Assembly (NCBI GenBank): GCA_964016885.1
Contig: OZ024741.1
Location: forward strand, 71,548,001 to 71,612,000
Reading direction: 5' to 3'
Length of the DNA: 64,000 nt
From: Eledone cirrhosa
Taxonomy: Eukaryota
Each line of letters begins with the position of its first letter. Position 1 is the first letter of the stretch. Positions 51,319-64,000 of the stretch are shown one piece after another. The notes under the pieces were generated by a model. That model made no database searches and was not told the DNA's origin. It was given only the letters and a program-made list of their open reading frames with translations. A program made the position numbers and the translations under genes.

Positions 51319-53447
51319 ATCACTGACGCTGATAAGAAGGTATCTTGGAAGTGTCACTACGAAAGGCTTCTAAATGAGGAGAATAAATGGGAGAAAGACA
51401 GTCTCCCCCACATCGATCCAATAGAGGGACCAGCAGTGTTAGTCGCAGGTAGTATAATAAGTAAGGCAATCAAAGATATGAAGACGGGTAAGGCGGCTGG
51501 GCCTTCGGAAATAGTTGCTGAAATGCTGAAAGCTTCTGGAACGGTGGGACACACCATGGTCACCCAGATAGTAAACCAAGTCATACAGAATGGGGTTGTT
51601 CCGAAGGACTGGCGTAGCAGCATCATCATTAACTGCTACAAGGGTAAAGGAGATGCCCTAGATAGGGGTAACTATAGAGGCATTAAATTAATCGACCAGG
51701 TCATGAAGGTCACAGAAAAAGTAATAGCGCAACTAATCAGAGAGCGAATTGATCTAGATGAAATGCAGTTCGGGTTTGTGTCAGGTAAAAGTACCACAGA
51801 CTTTTCATTGTACGACAACTACAGGAGAAGTACCTAGCTAAAAGTAAACCCCTATACTTAGCTTTTGTCGACTTGGAGAAAGCCTTTGACAGAGTCCCCC
51901 GTTCCATTATCTGGTGGGCTCTTAGAAAACTAGGTGTTGATGAATGGCTTGTGAGAGCTATACAAGCCATGTATAAAGAAACAGTCAGCAAGGTTAGAAT
52001 TAACAACGAATATAGTGAAGAGTTTAGCGTAAAAGTAGGTGTTCATCAGTGCTCCGTTCTTAGCCCCCTACTAATTATTATTGCCCTTCAGGCTATAACG
52101 GTGGAGTTCAAGACCGGCTGCTCATGGGAACTCCTATACACAGATGATCTAACGCTCATAGCTGAATCAATGGCTGAACTAGAGAAGAAATTCCAAACAT
52201 GGAAGCATGGCCTAGAATCAAAAGCCCTAAAATTAACCTGTCCAAGACTAAAGTTCTAGTTTCTAGGAAGGAAAATAGGGCACCGGTTCCATCCGGGAAA
52301 TGGCCATGCTCAGTGTGTAGGAAAGGAGTAGGTAGAAACTCCATTTTATGTCCCAAATGCAAAGTATGGGTGCATAGAAGATGTAGTGGGATCACAGGTA
52401 AGCTATCTAAGAATATAGATTTTATATGTGGCCGGTGCTCTGGTGCAATAAGTAGCAGCAAGTGCCCACAGAATACTAGCTCATTCCATTGCACAGATGG
52501 TTCTATAGAAATAGTGGACACCTTCCGTTACTTGGGTGACAAAATCAGCAGTGGTGGAGGGTGCTCTGAAAGTACAGTAGCTAGAGTCAGAACTGGATGG
52601 AAAAAGTTCAGAGAGCTTATACCACTATTAGCCGCTAAAGGGTTCTCTCTAAAAATGAAAGGCAGGCTGTATGATGCCTGCATACGAACAGCAATGTTAC
52701 ATGGCAGTGAGACCTGGGCATTGTGTGCAGAGAATATACGCAGACTGGAGAGGAACGAAGCTTGCATGCTCCGCTGGATGTGTAATAGTAATATACGTGA
52801 ACGGCAAAGCATGAACTAAGGGAAAAATTAAAAATATGAGGGATCAGATGTTGTTTACTCGAGAGAAGACTACGTTGGTATGGTCACGTGATGCGCATGA
52901 AAGACGACAGCTGTATAAAAAAGTGCAGGGCAATAAAAATAGACGGTAGCCACAGAGTAGGCAGACCCAGAAAAACCTGGGACGACTTGATAAATTCCGA
53001 CCTCACACACTTACACCTCTCCAAGACAATGTCACTGGACCGAGATCTTTGGCGCTACGCAGTAATACAGAAGACCCGCCTTGCCTAAGTGCAAAGCAAA
53101 ACCTACAGTCAGTAGGCACCTCTAACAAAAATACACCCCCGTCCCACTACCCCCACCCCATCCACACCACCCCTTTCAATGTAAAGTTATGTTGATACCA
53201 CAACATCCAGTCCGAAACAAATGAGGTCGTGTAGGTGTCACGACAAAAAAACACACAGTCCACGCTGTAATGTGGCCATGTAGGTAACACGGTAAAAACC
53301 TCCCAGTCCACACTGTAAACGTGGTTGGTGTTAGGAAGGGCATCCAGCCATAGAAAACCCGCCACACATTCCTATGCGAGCAAGACAACCACTCTTGCCT
53401 CACGTGGGAAAAGATGGACGTTAAACGATGATGATGATGATGATGAT
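51319..53447 (+). mobile_element. 5'-truncated RTE LINE with PHD finger (longest copy)
   Basis: KAAGPSEIVAEML, YKGKGD..NYRGIKL, QFGF, FVDLEKAFDRVP, YTDDL, C4HC3 finger, FRYLG, GRPRKTW; (GAT)n tail. Confidence 0.92.
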
Positions 53448-53455
53448 CTATGTAT

Positions 53456-54342
53456 GTAAAAGGTAAACAGAAATAACAACACAATCGGTACAGTATATGG
53501 AAGGTATATATTAGGTTAACGCTTGATATAGCAGGAAGAGCGTCTTAACGTTTCGGACACTAGTCCTTCATCAGAAGAAAGAATGAGAAATAAAATAGAT
53601 TGAGGCGACGGGCGGGATGGAATTGGAAAATGTCTTTAGATAAAAATAACAGGTCCATTCATGTTGACATCTCTTGCAAAACTGTTGGTGCTGGCGTTTT
53701 GTGTGTGATTTGTTTTTTAGAAAAGTAGATGATGACGCGCGTCTACCTGAAATTGAAAAAAAAAACGTTTTGTAAAAAGAACTATACTTGAGCACGTGCG
53801 TAAGCATGAGTTTGTGTGTGTGTGTGTGTGTTATTATAGGTCCGTACAAAGCTAAGAAGGAATGTGTTTGTATATGTGAGTAAAAGAGTGTAAGTACGAA
53901 TCTATGAGCAAAAGTATGTTAATATAAGGGTGTGTATCGGTCTGTATTAATAGTAAGAGAAGCTGCTAATGATCAAGAGAAAGTGATAGGAATCTAGGGG
54001 TGTGATAATGGATGTGGTATTAGAGTAATTGGGGAGGTGAGTTAAGTCCAAGAGGGGAATAGGACCCAAGACAGTGAATCAGACTTTGTTCAGTCCTGGT
54101 GCGCAAGGCCTGTCATCCATGATGTAAAAGGACACCCAGGACTGAAACATGTAGGGAAGAATGACCAGGAGAACAGAAATGACAGGCGACCGGAATATCC
54201 AAACCGAGTTGTATGTCCCTCAAATGTTCGGTAAAAAGGTCCGCTATTCTGTGTCCCGTTTGTCCGATATACATAGACCCGCAAAGGGAACACCGGAGGG
54301 CATAGACAATGTGAGTGGATGTGCAGGTGAAGGAATGGCGGA
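53456..54342 (-). mobile_element. PLE (family B) 3' fragment: GIY-YIG plus pseudo-LTR
   Basis: FTCTSTHIVYALRCSLCGSMYIGQTGHRIADLFTEHLRDI..PVACHF..GH; terminal repeat with hammerhead. Confidence 0.85.
53543..53578 (-). ncRNA. Minimal hammerhead motif (family B)
   Basis: Minus strand TCTT-CTGATGA-A-GGAC(TAGT)GTCC-GAAA-CG-TT-AAGA; palindromic AACGTT stem III. Confidence 0.72.
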
Positions 54343-55044
54343 TATATATATATATATATAAGCATCCAGCACACACTGTAAATGTGGTTGGTGTTAGGAA
54401 GGGCATCCAACTGTAAAAACCAAGCCAAAACCAGTCCTGTATAAGCAAGTCATAGTCATTGGATGTGGCTTTTCTCACAAAAGGGCAACTTGTCTAACCC
54501 ATCCTAGTATGGAAAATGGATGTTAAACAGTGATGATCATGATATCATAATCATCACTTTTATGTCAATTTTTCCATGTGTTGAACATTACTTTTTTGAG
54601 GCAAGGTTTTACAACCATATGCCCTCCATTACACTAACTCTATTAGTTGCAAGGAAATGATGTATCTACACAAGTGTATGGATGTGCCTCTATATGTTAG
54701 CATTTCTCACAATTGTTTCTACGTTTTCTTTTTCTTGCTTACAAATAGTATGAAAGAAATATTTCACCTGACTCTAAATTATCTGTCTATTAATTCCTAT
54801 AGATATTTTTCCAGCCATAAAACTACCTACAGAGAAAGCCTGTTTCTATATTGCACAACAACTATGACCAGATCCACTTCTTTTTCTATGGGCTCCTTCC
54901 TTCTTTCTATATATATTGTATTTCCTTTTCATTCTATCAGCTTACTACTACATTGCTACATCTGCTTCACACATTAACTCTCTGAGAGGGAGAGATAGGC
55001 ATGATTCATGGGTAAAGTCATTGGTGGTGAACCAATGTCTTGTG

Positions 55045-55915
55045 GTTTTTCACTAATTCATTCACTCTCTATATACATGCCTGATTCTTTCACTAAATCA
55101 TTCACTCTCTATATACACATCTGATTCTTTCACTAGCTCATTCACTTTCTATATATACATCTCATTTTTTCTCTAATTCATTCACTCTACACACATCTGA
55201 TTTTTTTCACTAAATCATTCACTCTCTTTCTATACATCTAGTTCTTTCACTAATTCACTCTCTCTACATTTGATTCTTTCATTAATTCACTCTATACATA
55301 TCTGATTCTTTCCCTAATTCACTCACACTCTTTATATATATTCAATTCTTTCACAAAATCATTCACTCTATATATACATTTGATTCTTTCACTAATTCAT
55401 TCACTCTCTCTCAATATATTTGACTCTTTCACTGATTCATTTACTCTCTCTATACATCTGGCTTTTTCACTGGTTCATTCACTCTCTATACACAACTGAT
55501 TATTTCACTAAAAACCTAACACCAACCACTGGATTACCCTTCCTAACACCAACCACTGGATTGGCAGTATCAGTAGAGGGTCGGACGCCATGCTTTCCAG
55601 CATAGTTACGTCCCTTTACGATCTGAGTTCAAATCCCGCCGAGGTTGACTTTGCCTTTCATCCTTACGTGGTCGATAAAATAAAGTACCAGTAATGAACT
55701 GAGTAATTGCTGGCCTTGTGCCTAAAGTAGAAACAATTATTTCACTAATCCATTCACTCTCACTATACACATCTGATTCTTTCACTAATTCATTAACACT
55801 CTCTCTTTACATATAATTCTTTCATTTACTCATTCACTTTCATCTAATTCTTTCACTAATTCATTCACTCTCTCTATACATCTGATTCTTTCTCTAATTC
55901 ATTCACGCTCTCTTT
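55045..55915. repeat. Degenerate ~36-bp minisatellite with a SINE insertion
   Basis: Recurrent TTCTTTCACTAATTCATTCACTCTCTATATACATCTGA; interrupted at about 55512-55736. Confidence 0.8.
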
Positions 55916-58900
55916 ATTATTTTTACTCCTCCTACGCCTCTCTTATATCTTAGTTTGTTTCTCCTTACTCGTTTACCACCTATATGCCTTTTTTTCAGTC
56001 TCTCCGTCTATACAGTTTACTATCTCTACCTCTTTCTCTCATTTTCTGTTTACAGAATATTTCTACCACTCATTTACTCTCTCTTCCTCTTTCACACACT
56101 TTGCCTTTTTTTACCCCTCTCTGCTTTTTCACTCCCTCTTTCCTTACTGTTTACTGCCTCTACCTTTTTCACTTACACTCTCACAAAAGTAACTAACCCT
56201 ACCTCCTTTATGCAGTCTACTTCTTTTATCCCACTCCTTTCTATAGTTAGTTTTCTCTATCGCTTTCACTCACTCTCTCTCTACTGTTATCTATCACTGC
56301 TTCTTTCACTCACTTCCTCTCTATTATTTAGTTTCCTTTACTCTCCTTCTCTCTACAATTAACTATCTTTCACTCTTTTTCTCATTATAGTTACCGATCT
56401 TTACCTCTCGCACTCCTCCTCTGCCTTACTATTATGCTATATCTCTCCTTCTCTCTTGCTACTATGTTCTATCTCTCCCTCGCCCTCTCGATTACTACTA
56501 TGTTCCATCTCACACCCGTTCTCTCTTTTTCTACTATGCGCCTATGCTCTCTCTACTACTTCACCTCTCTCTTGCTATTATGCTCTATCTCACACCCAAT
56601 ATTTTGCCAGAAATATCAGGACGTATCCTTTCAACAAAAATCGGCAGTTAATATTTTGTTTTGCTTGTTTTTCCCCTTTCATCTACCAAGAAAAAGGGTG
56701 TAAAAAGGTTGTAGACGTTCTCTTTCGCCTCACAATGGCCACAGCTGTATTTATCAATAACAATAATAATATACCAAGAATCCAAATTTAAAAAAAAAAT
56801 AATAATCCGCTTATGTTTCTTGAACAGTCTTAACTTTGAAAAGTCATCTATCTTCTTATTTGTTTATCTATCATTGACTTTATACATATATTTATCTGTC
56901 ACTACCTTTAGTTATATCACTAACTTTATTCATCTATCGTTAAAGTCACAGTAGCACACACACACACATATATAAATAAGACATACAACCTAAACATTAC
57001 TTTACATACACACAACCACACATTTATATAATCAGTTACGTTCTTACGCTGCGTTTATCTTTCTGTCTGTCCATCCAGCCACCCATTTACCCACCTAGCC
57101 ACCCATTTACCCACCTATATATATCTATGGCTAGCTATCCAAATAAAAGGCGAAATTAATAGTCACACAGATTATAATTACTCCTGTAATTCCAGAACAC
57201 CTATTCTTAGTCACAATACTCACTCACCCGGCAGTTAGAATTAAAGACAAGGAAACAAAACACCTTTATATTAACACTACACAAAACCAACACAGTACCT
57301 TGTATAGAAGACCCAGACCGGTTTAAATGGTTTAGTCTCTCGACCAGATAATCCTTTTAATTAAACTAATCTATCCAGACTTGTCAACAGACACAAACAT
57401 GTTTAACGGATATTCAGATGGCATCATTAAAAGACAAAAACCTACATTTTCCATAAAGGATTAGTGTGAAACTGAAACCAACAGGCCAAGTTCAATCAAA
57501 AGTAAACGATTAAGACTTGTATCATCTGTGAGTATTATAAATATTTTCCTTCTTGATTCTTCGTTGTTCTTGTAATATTTTTTTTCTTTTAATTTTCTTT
57601 TGGATGGAAGAGGGGCTGATAATGGCTCGGAGATATTTTGTTTCCTGAGCATAAACTACTATTTACATCTAGTGTGGGCACATGCTCACACGCTCTACTT
57701 ATTTATGAGAACGTCTGTCTACTTACTTACATGCATATCTACCTATGTATATACTTAGTTATCTGCATACGTACTTACATATTAATCTATGTACCTAGCT
57801 TTTTTTCTCATCCGCCTATCTATCTTTATCTTTATCTTTAAACACACACACTCTCTCTATATATATTATATATGTATATGTACACACATCTATCTACATA
57901 CGTACATATTTACACATATATACCGATTTATGTATACAGACATTCATGATGGCTGTTCCCTCTATTTCGAGTGTGACCACCCTTCTGTTTGTGTCAGTCC
58001 TTTTTACGACTCAAGAACCCCAAGGTGACTTCTCAGGCCCAGTAACAAGCAACTCGCTATTGCATGCCGGTCAGTTGCATTGCTTATATATATATACACC
58101 TACTTACCTACATATCTGACTATTTCTAACTATTTACCTATGTCTATCTATCTATCGACCTACCCCGTTGTCTGTCCGTCGTTTACTTTACTCGCGTACA
58201 CAATTAGTTTCTAGAAATTATGGAAAACCCATACACATCTTGTCGGGTTGTCACCAATATTGAGAATATGGACGTTCAGAGATGACCATAATCTACATAT
58301 GATAGTTCTCTTTTATTTTTTACATACTACTAGAAGAAACCACCAGTCTAAGTGGTACAATAAGTCAGTGTGGTTAAATGGCACGTGTTCCATTCCAGAC
58401 GTTCGTATAAGGACAGGTTTAACTGATATATGAATCAATACAGAGAAAAGTAACGTTTTAAAACAAGTTTGAGTAGAAGTTGTTGTAGAAGTAGTGTTAT
58501 GTGTATACTCTTGAAATAGAGATTTAAAAAAAAATGTTACGCTTGTAGTGTGAAGAGAAATATTGTTGGTGTAAAAAGAGAAATTCAAGATACAAGGTTT
58601 TCAATCTACCAGAAATAACAGCAAGTTAATGTGTTGTTTAAGCTACAACATGTCTCCGTGAGACTAACTAAATGGGTGTAGACATAAATCTAATTTCGCT
58701 CAGGCTAAATTCTGTGCAAAGACAGAATTAGCAGACAGCTGCTCAAGCTGTTTTCTACAGAGAAAAGCAACTGGACACCTTTGATTTCTCGTTTCTTTAT
58801 TCATCATTTGGGAGAGGAAACTATATTCTGATTAGTCCAAACATTGGAAAGCTTTGATTTTTTGTTTATATATTCATTATATAGCAGAGAAAACTACATT

Positions 58901-60037
58901 CTGATTGGTCCAATAAACCAGTGAATGTCCTCCCTAAAACGTCACTTGCTTGTATAATTGTCACTACATTAGCTCCTTTTTAGATTGCTGGGAAACTAGC
59001 ACTAAATAATGGTAAACATAAAACAAAAGACAGCAAAAAGCAAACAATGTTACAAATACACTCAAAGGGCTGATTGTTAGAAGTCGTGATTCAGCAAAGA
59101 AACATACCATGTATGTAGGTACAAGATCCACTTTGGCCTGCATGATGTGTGCATGATGCAAGCGAGTCTGCATAACGTGTGCTGTCATACAAGTGAATGA
59201 GTGATGGTATTAGTGTTTTAGTATACTTGCTTTGTAAACTGTTTATGTTGACAGGTTAAACTTAGAGAGGTACATTTGGAGAGGAGATGGGTACTGCCAA
59301 GTATTACAAGGGTCCATTGAAATGGCACGATGGATACACAGTCAAACGTCGAGAACAGCACCCCAACAACTGGCTGCACCAGTTGTGGGAACTTAATTAA
59401 TTGATTGATTGATAATACATACACACACTCACATATATAGCAAATCAATGTTTTATTTAACTAAAACATCTTGTTGAGGCTAGCTGAAGACAGGGAGTTG
59501 ACAATGGCTGATTCTGCTCAAGGTGAATTCTGTGTAAAAGAAAGAGTGAGCAGAAAGCTGCTTTCTGCCATGAAAAGAGAGCAGACAGCTTTGAATTCAC
59601 ATTTATATAGTTATTGCTTGGCTGGAAGAACTACGCTGATTTGCCCAATAAACTGGTGAAAAATCTGAAATAGTGAACACCCTAAACTTCATTTGGTTGT
59701 ATGAAGGTTGCTACATGTCCATAGACCATTGAAGTGACTACATTTCTTGCACCTCGAATTAAAATTTTTTGAATATACAAGTTATTTCTTCTTTGTTATT
59801 GTGATTGTCTCATGGTAAAATGCCCCCACTACAATCTGTAAAGTGGTTGGTGATAAGAATAGCATCCAACTGAAGAATCCATGTCAAAAATGGAATGTAT
59901 GAATGGGATGTTGTCTTTTGATTTGTCTGCAATTACTTCAATTACAGCAATTACTTCAAATAAGAACTCAGATCTTTACCTAGTAAAGAGTAATGTATAT
60001 ATGCATGTAAATATATATATAAAGATAGACAAAACTT

Positions 60038-60960
60038 TCATCCTATCCTTATTCTAGCTATTATGCTTTTAGAGCACCCTCCTCCACTGCTAATTAGGTC
60101 ACATAGGAGGCAGAAGCTATCAACCACTTCTAAGGATCCTTCGTGTGATTGGATAAGATTTATATCACTGACACTCTTCCCATCAAATACACCTGTGCAT
60201 CTAGTACATACAAAGACTTCTTTGCCTGCTATCCCACTACTTCTCTTGTGTACCCAAGATTTGCATTGTGTACAAAATATAGAGTTTATGGCTAATCCTT
60301 TTTTGCATGTCAAGCATGGCCACTTCCCTGATGGGATCAGGATCCTGTCTTCTTTCCTGCTTACCAACACTTTCTCAACCTTTTTGATTGTAAATTCTGT
60401 TTCCACAGTTGGAACTTATTCTTTTATGGATTCAGCTATAAGGACCAGATCATTCGCATAGAGAAGTTCCCATGGACAGCCAGTCGTAAACTCCTCTTTT
60501 ATGGCCTGGAGAACTATGATGAACACAAGTGAACTGAACTCTGATGAGCTCCTAACCTATATCTTGAATTCCTCACTAAACTCACTTTCTACTTTCACTT
60601 TACTAACAATTCTTCTGTACATGGTTTGCACTGCTCTCTCAAGCCATTCTTCTACACCTAATTTTCTTAAGGGTCACCAGATAACAGATTTAGGTACTCT
60701 GTCAAAGGCCTTTTCTAGATCAACAAAAGCTAAAAATAGTGACATATTCTTAGCCAGTTGTCTTACTAAGAATAGGGCATCTATAGTACATTTTCCAGGC
60801 ATAAAACTAAACTGCAGCTCAATTAATTTGACTCTTTCCCTAATTAGCTGCGCTAGAACGCTTTCTATCACTTTTATAACATGGGTTTTATTCCTCTGTA
60901 GTTGCTCCTTTCTAGAACATCACTTTTCCCTTGTAGCAATTAATGAGTGTACAGGTGCAC
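60038..60960 (-). mobile_element. Decayed RTE LINE (RT plus PHD)
   Basis: AFVDLEKAFDRVP, WELLYANDL, WPCLTCKKG..CTQC..WVHK..CTRC. Confidence 0.85.
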
Positions 60961-60989
60961 CAGTCGTTGGGTATATATATATATATATA

Positions 60990-61388
60990 TATATTAATAA
61001 AAGGAATTCCAATTTCGTCTGATTTACTCGTTTTATTTACAATCCTTTAAAATTTATAATGGTATTAGAATGAAATAGTATGGTAGAATATTAAATGTTA
61101 AGTGTTGATTGAACAAGTACTTTCATGCTTTCGCAATCTTCAGGTTCATGATGTGTGGTGACAGTCAAGTTTGCAATTTTCAACTGTGAAACAGTTGAAA
61201 ATTGCAAACTTGACTGTCACCACTGAATATGAACCTGAAGATTGCAAAAGCATGAAAGTACTTGTTCAATCAACACTTAACATTTAATATTCTACCATAC
61301 TATTTCATTCTAATACCATTATAAATTTTAAAGGATTGTAAATAAAACGAGTAAATCAGACGAAGTTGGAATTCCTTTTATTAATATA
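60990..61388. repeat. 399-bp near-perfect palindrome with a hammerhead motif (family F) in each arm
   Basis: Arms symmetric about 61189 with a 3-nt GAA loop. TGAAC-CTGAAGA-T-TGC(AAAA/GAAA)GCA-T-GAAA-GTAC-TT-GTTCA at 61230-61268 (+) and 61110-61148 (-). Confidence 0.93.
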
Positions 61389-61418
61389 ATCTTCTATACA
61401 CAATCATACACACCCGTG

Positions 61419-61449
<31 letters not shown>

Positions 61450-62184
61450 ACATGTTTGTATGTATGTGATGTGGTAGTGCCGGCACCATGACAAAAAGCA
61501 CCCTGGGTCCACTCTGTAAGATGTTAGTGCTGGTGCCACAAAAAAAAGCCCCGGTACATGCTATAAAGTGGTTGATGCTAGGAAGGGCAGCCAGCTATAG
61601 AAATCCAAGCCAAAAAGTGTGTATGAGTTGTTTAGCCTCATAACATGACAGCCCGTCTAACCCATGCAAAAATGGAAAATAGACATTAAACGGTAATGAT
61701 AATGTATAAATAACATATACCATATACTTTTATTTATCCCATCTTTTTCCATGACTTATCAAATGGAGCTAGAAAACTTTACATGCAAGTCAAGTACTGA
61801 GACAAGAATGTTATAAGTGAAAATGGGGCTGAGTATATACTATGCCTATATATATTATATATATCCAGGGCATTTCCTACATGCTAATGCAGGCCTGAGA
61901 TATGTAAATGAATGCAAAGAAAAAAAAATGAGTTTTTGATATAAATCCTTCATTTATGAAAGACACCTGGAAAGGGAATACATGCATGACATGTAACCCT
62001 ACTTCAAATAGCTCAACCCTTTAGCATTCAAACCAGTTGTATCTGGTCAGAATTCTCTCACCTCTTTCTGTTCAAACTAACCATAACCAGCTGCTCATAC
62101 TTATGTTAAGGTATTGTTCTTGAAATAAATAATATCAAAATACAATAGTAAATATAGAGTAATGTAAATACTAAAGGGTGAAGT

Positions 62185-62865
62185 ACTAGGAGTTGAGACT
62201 TGGAAGTATAGCTTAGAAGCAACTTAGCAAAAACTAAAGTCCTAGTAACTAGAAAGGAAAACAAAACCCAGATCCCTTAAAGGAAATTGCCTTACTCAGT
62301 GAGTAGAAAAGGTGTGAGTAGCAATTCCATCATTTGTCCCAAGTGCAAACTATGGGTACACAAGAGATATAGAGAGATCTCAGGTAGGCTAGCAAAGAAC
62401 ATAGGTTTTACATGTTGTTGATGCACAGGAACTGTAAGTAGCAAGATCTCACAGGAAACAAGCTCTATCAAATGCTCAAAGGTTTCTGTAGAAGTAGTTG
62501 ACAGCTTCTGTTACCTGGGTGGCCAAATTAGCAGTGGAGGTGGGTGTTCGGAAAGTACAGTAGCCAGAGTGAGAATGAAATGGAAAAGGTTAAAAGGAAC
62601 TACTGCCGCTGCTAACTACAACAGTTTTTTCCTCAAAATGAAGGGCAGATTGTATGATGCTTGTGTACAAACAACAATGCTGCATGGAAGTGAGACGTGG
62701 GTGTGGTGTGCAGAGGACCTATGAAGATTGGAAAGACATGAAGCTTACATTCTCCGATTGATGTGCAATAGTAATATACATGAATGGTAAAGCATGAATA
62801 AACTGAGAAAGAAACTGGGTATAAATGGAGTCAGATGCAGTGTGCAAGAGAGGAGATTGTGGTGC
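62185..62865 (+). mobile_element. Decayed RTE LINE fragment (PHD and thumb)
   Basis: NLAKTKVL, CPKCKLWVHK, FCYLG, LYDACV..MLHGSETW; stops present. Confidence 0.8.
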
Positions 62866-62884
62866 AGACTAGTGCCCTGTGTAA

Positions 62885-63680
62885 ATTGGAAGGCAGGTCT
62901 TCTGCTGTATAGCATAATGCCAGGGAACTGTGTCATCTCTTTTGAGAAGTTTAATTGTGCATTTATCATTTCATCCCAAGTTTTTTTAGGTCTTTTATAG
63001 CTTCCTTCAACTTTGAGCACCCTGCACCTCTTTATACATCTGTCATCCTCCATACACATTACATATCTATACCACTGCATCTGATCCCTCTTATGCCTAG
63101 TTTCTCTCTCAGTTCATTTATGCTTTGTTGCTCATGCACACTACTGTTACACACCCATCAAAGCAAGCAGCCTTCATTTCTTTCCAATATTTGTAGGTCC
63201 TCTCCACACAGTGCCCAGGTCTCACTTCCATACAGCATTCCAATTTGTATACAAGCATCATACAATCTGCTTGTCATTTTGAGGAAAATACCCTTTGTAG
63301 TTAGCAGCAGTAGTAGCTCCTTTTTTTATTCCAAGCTATGCTTCCAGGTCAGGAATTTCTTCTCTAATTTAGCCATGGATTCAACTATGAAGGTTAGATC
63401 ATTGGCATATAGAAGTTCACATGGGCAGCCAGTTTTGAACTCTTCTGTTATGAATTGCAGAACAATAATAGGAAGGAACTAAGAACAAACCTCCCATGAA
63501 CCCCCACTTGCACCCTAAATTCCTCACTACAAACATTAATTCTAACCTTCTGTACATGGTTTGAACTGCTCTCAAAGCCACTCATCTACCCATAGTCTTC
63601 TAAGAGCCCACCAGATTATGGTATGGGGGACTCTGTCAAAGGTTTTCTCCAGGTTAACAAAAGAGGGGCTTATTTTTATC
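62885..63680 (-). mobile_element. Decayed, internally deleted RTE LINE fragment
   Basis: LEKTFDRVP, FKTGCP.ELLYANDL, LYGSETW, WYRYVMCMEDD..RPKKTW. Confidence 0.78.
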
Positions 63681-64000
63681 ATAGTACATCTATATATATA
63701 GACAGATCGTTTACAAATATATTATACTAGAATTTTTTTCCATATGCTAACGTGTATGTGTATATGCATGTGTGTATGTGCATATGCATACATTTATATG
63801 TATGAGAATATAAATGTGCAAACAGAGACACAAAAATACACACTCACAGACATACATTCACACAAACACATACATTTACACAAACTCACATACAAACACA
63901 CAAACTCACATATACATTTACGTGTTCGAACCAAGAGGCTGAGGCCATGCTGGGGCGCTGCCATTGATGCTACACTTTTTAGCCAGCCTTCCCTGGTTGG

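Overview
AT-rich, microsatellite-laden animal genomic DNA; the repeat repertoire resembles a coleoid cephalopod such as Octopus, which is an inference. The only clear host gene is a glutaminyl-tRNA synthetase (QARS) with just two coding exons (10456-10806 and 21240-23255, about 788 aa) separated by a 10.4-kb intron. The rest is mostly transposon debris: RTE LINEs with a PHD finger inside the RT domain, CR1 and CRE-like (RLE) non-LTR elements, Penelope-like elements (PLEs), tRNA-derived SINEs, mariner, hAT, Tigger and Helitron elements, and minisatellites. Three signals stand out. (1) About ten minimal type-I hammerhead ribozyme motifs of six sequence families, mostly tied to PLE terminal repeats, including a 399-bp fold-back with a hammerhead on each strand and one motif sense within the QARS intron. 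(2) A very young 2.15-kb non-coding LTR element whose tRNA-Trp primer-binding site extends to 32 nt with a mismatch exactly opposite m1A58. (3) The strongly intron-depleted QARS. All coordinates and structures were read by eye; no database search or folding program was run.
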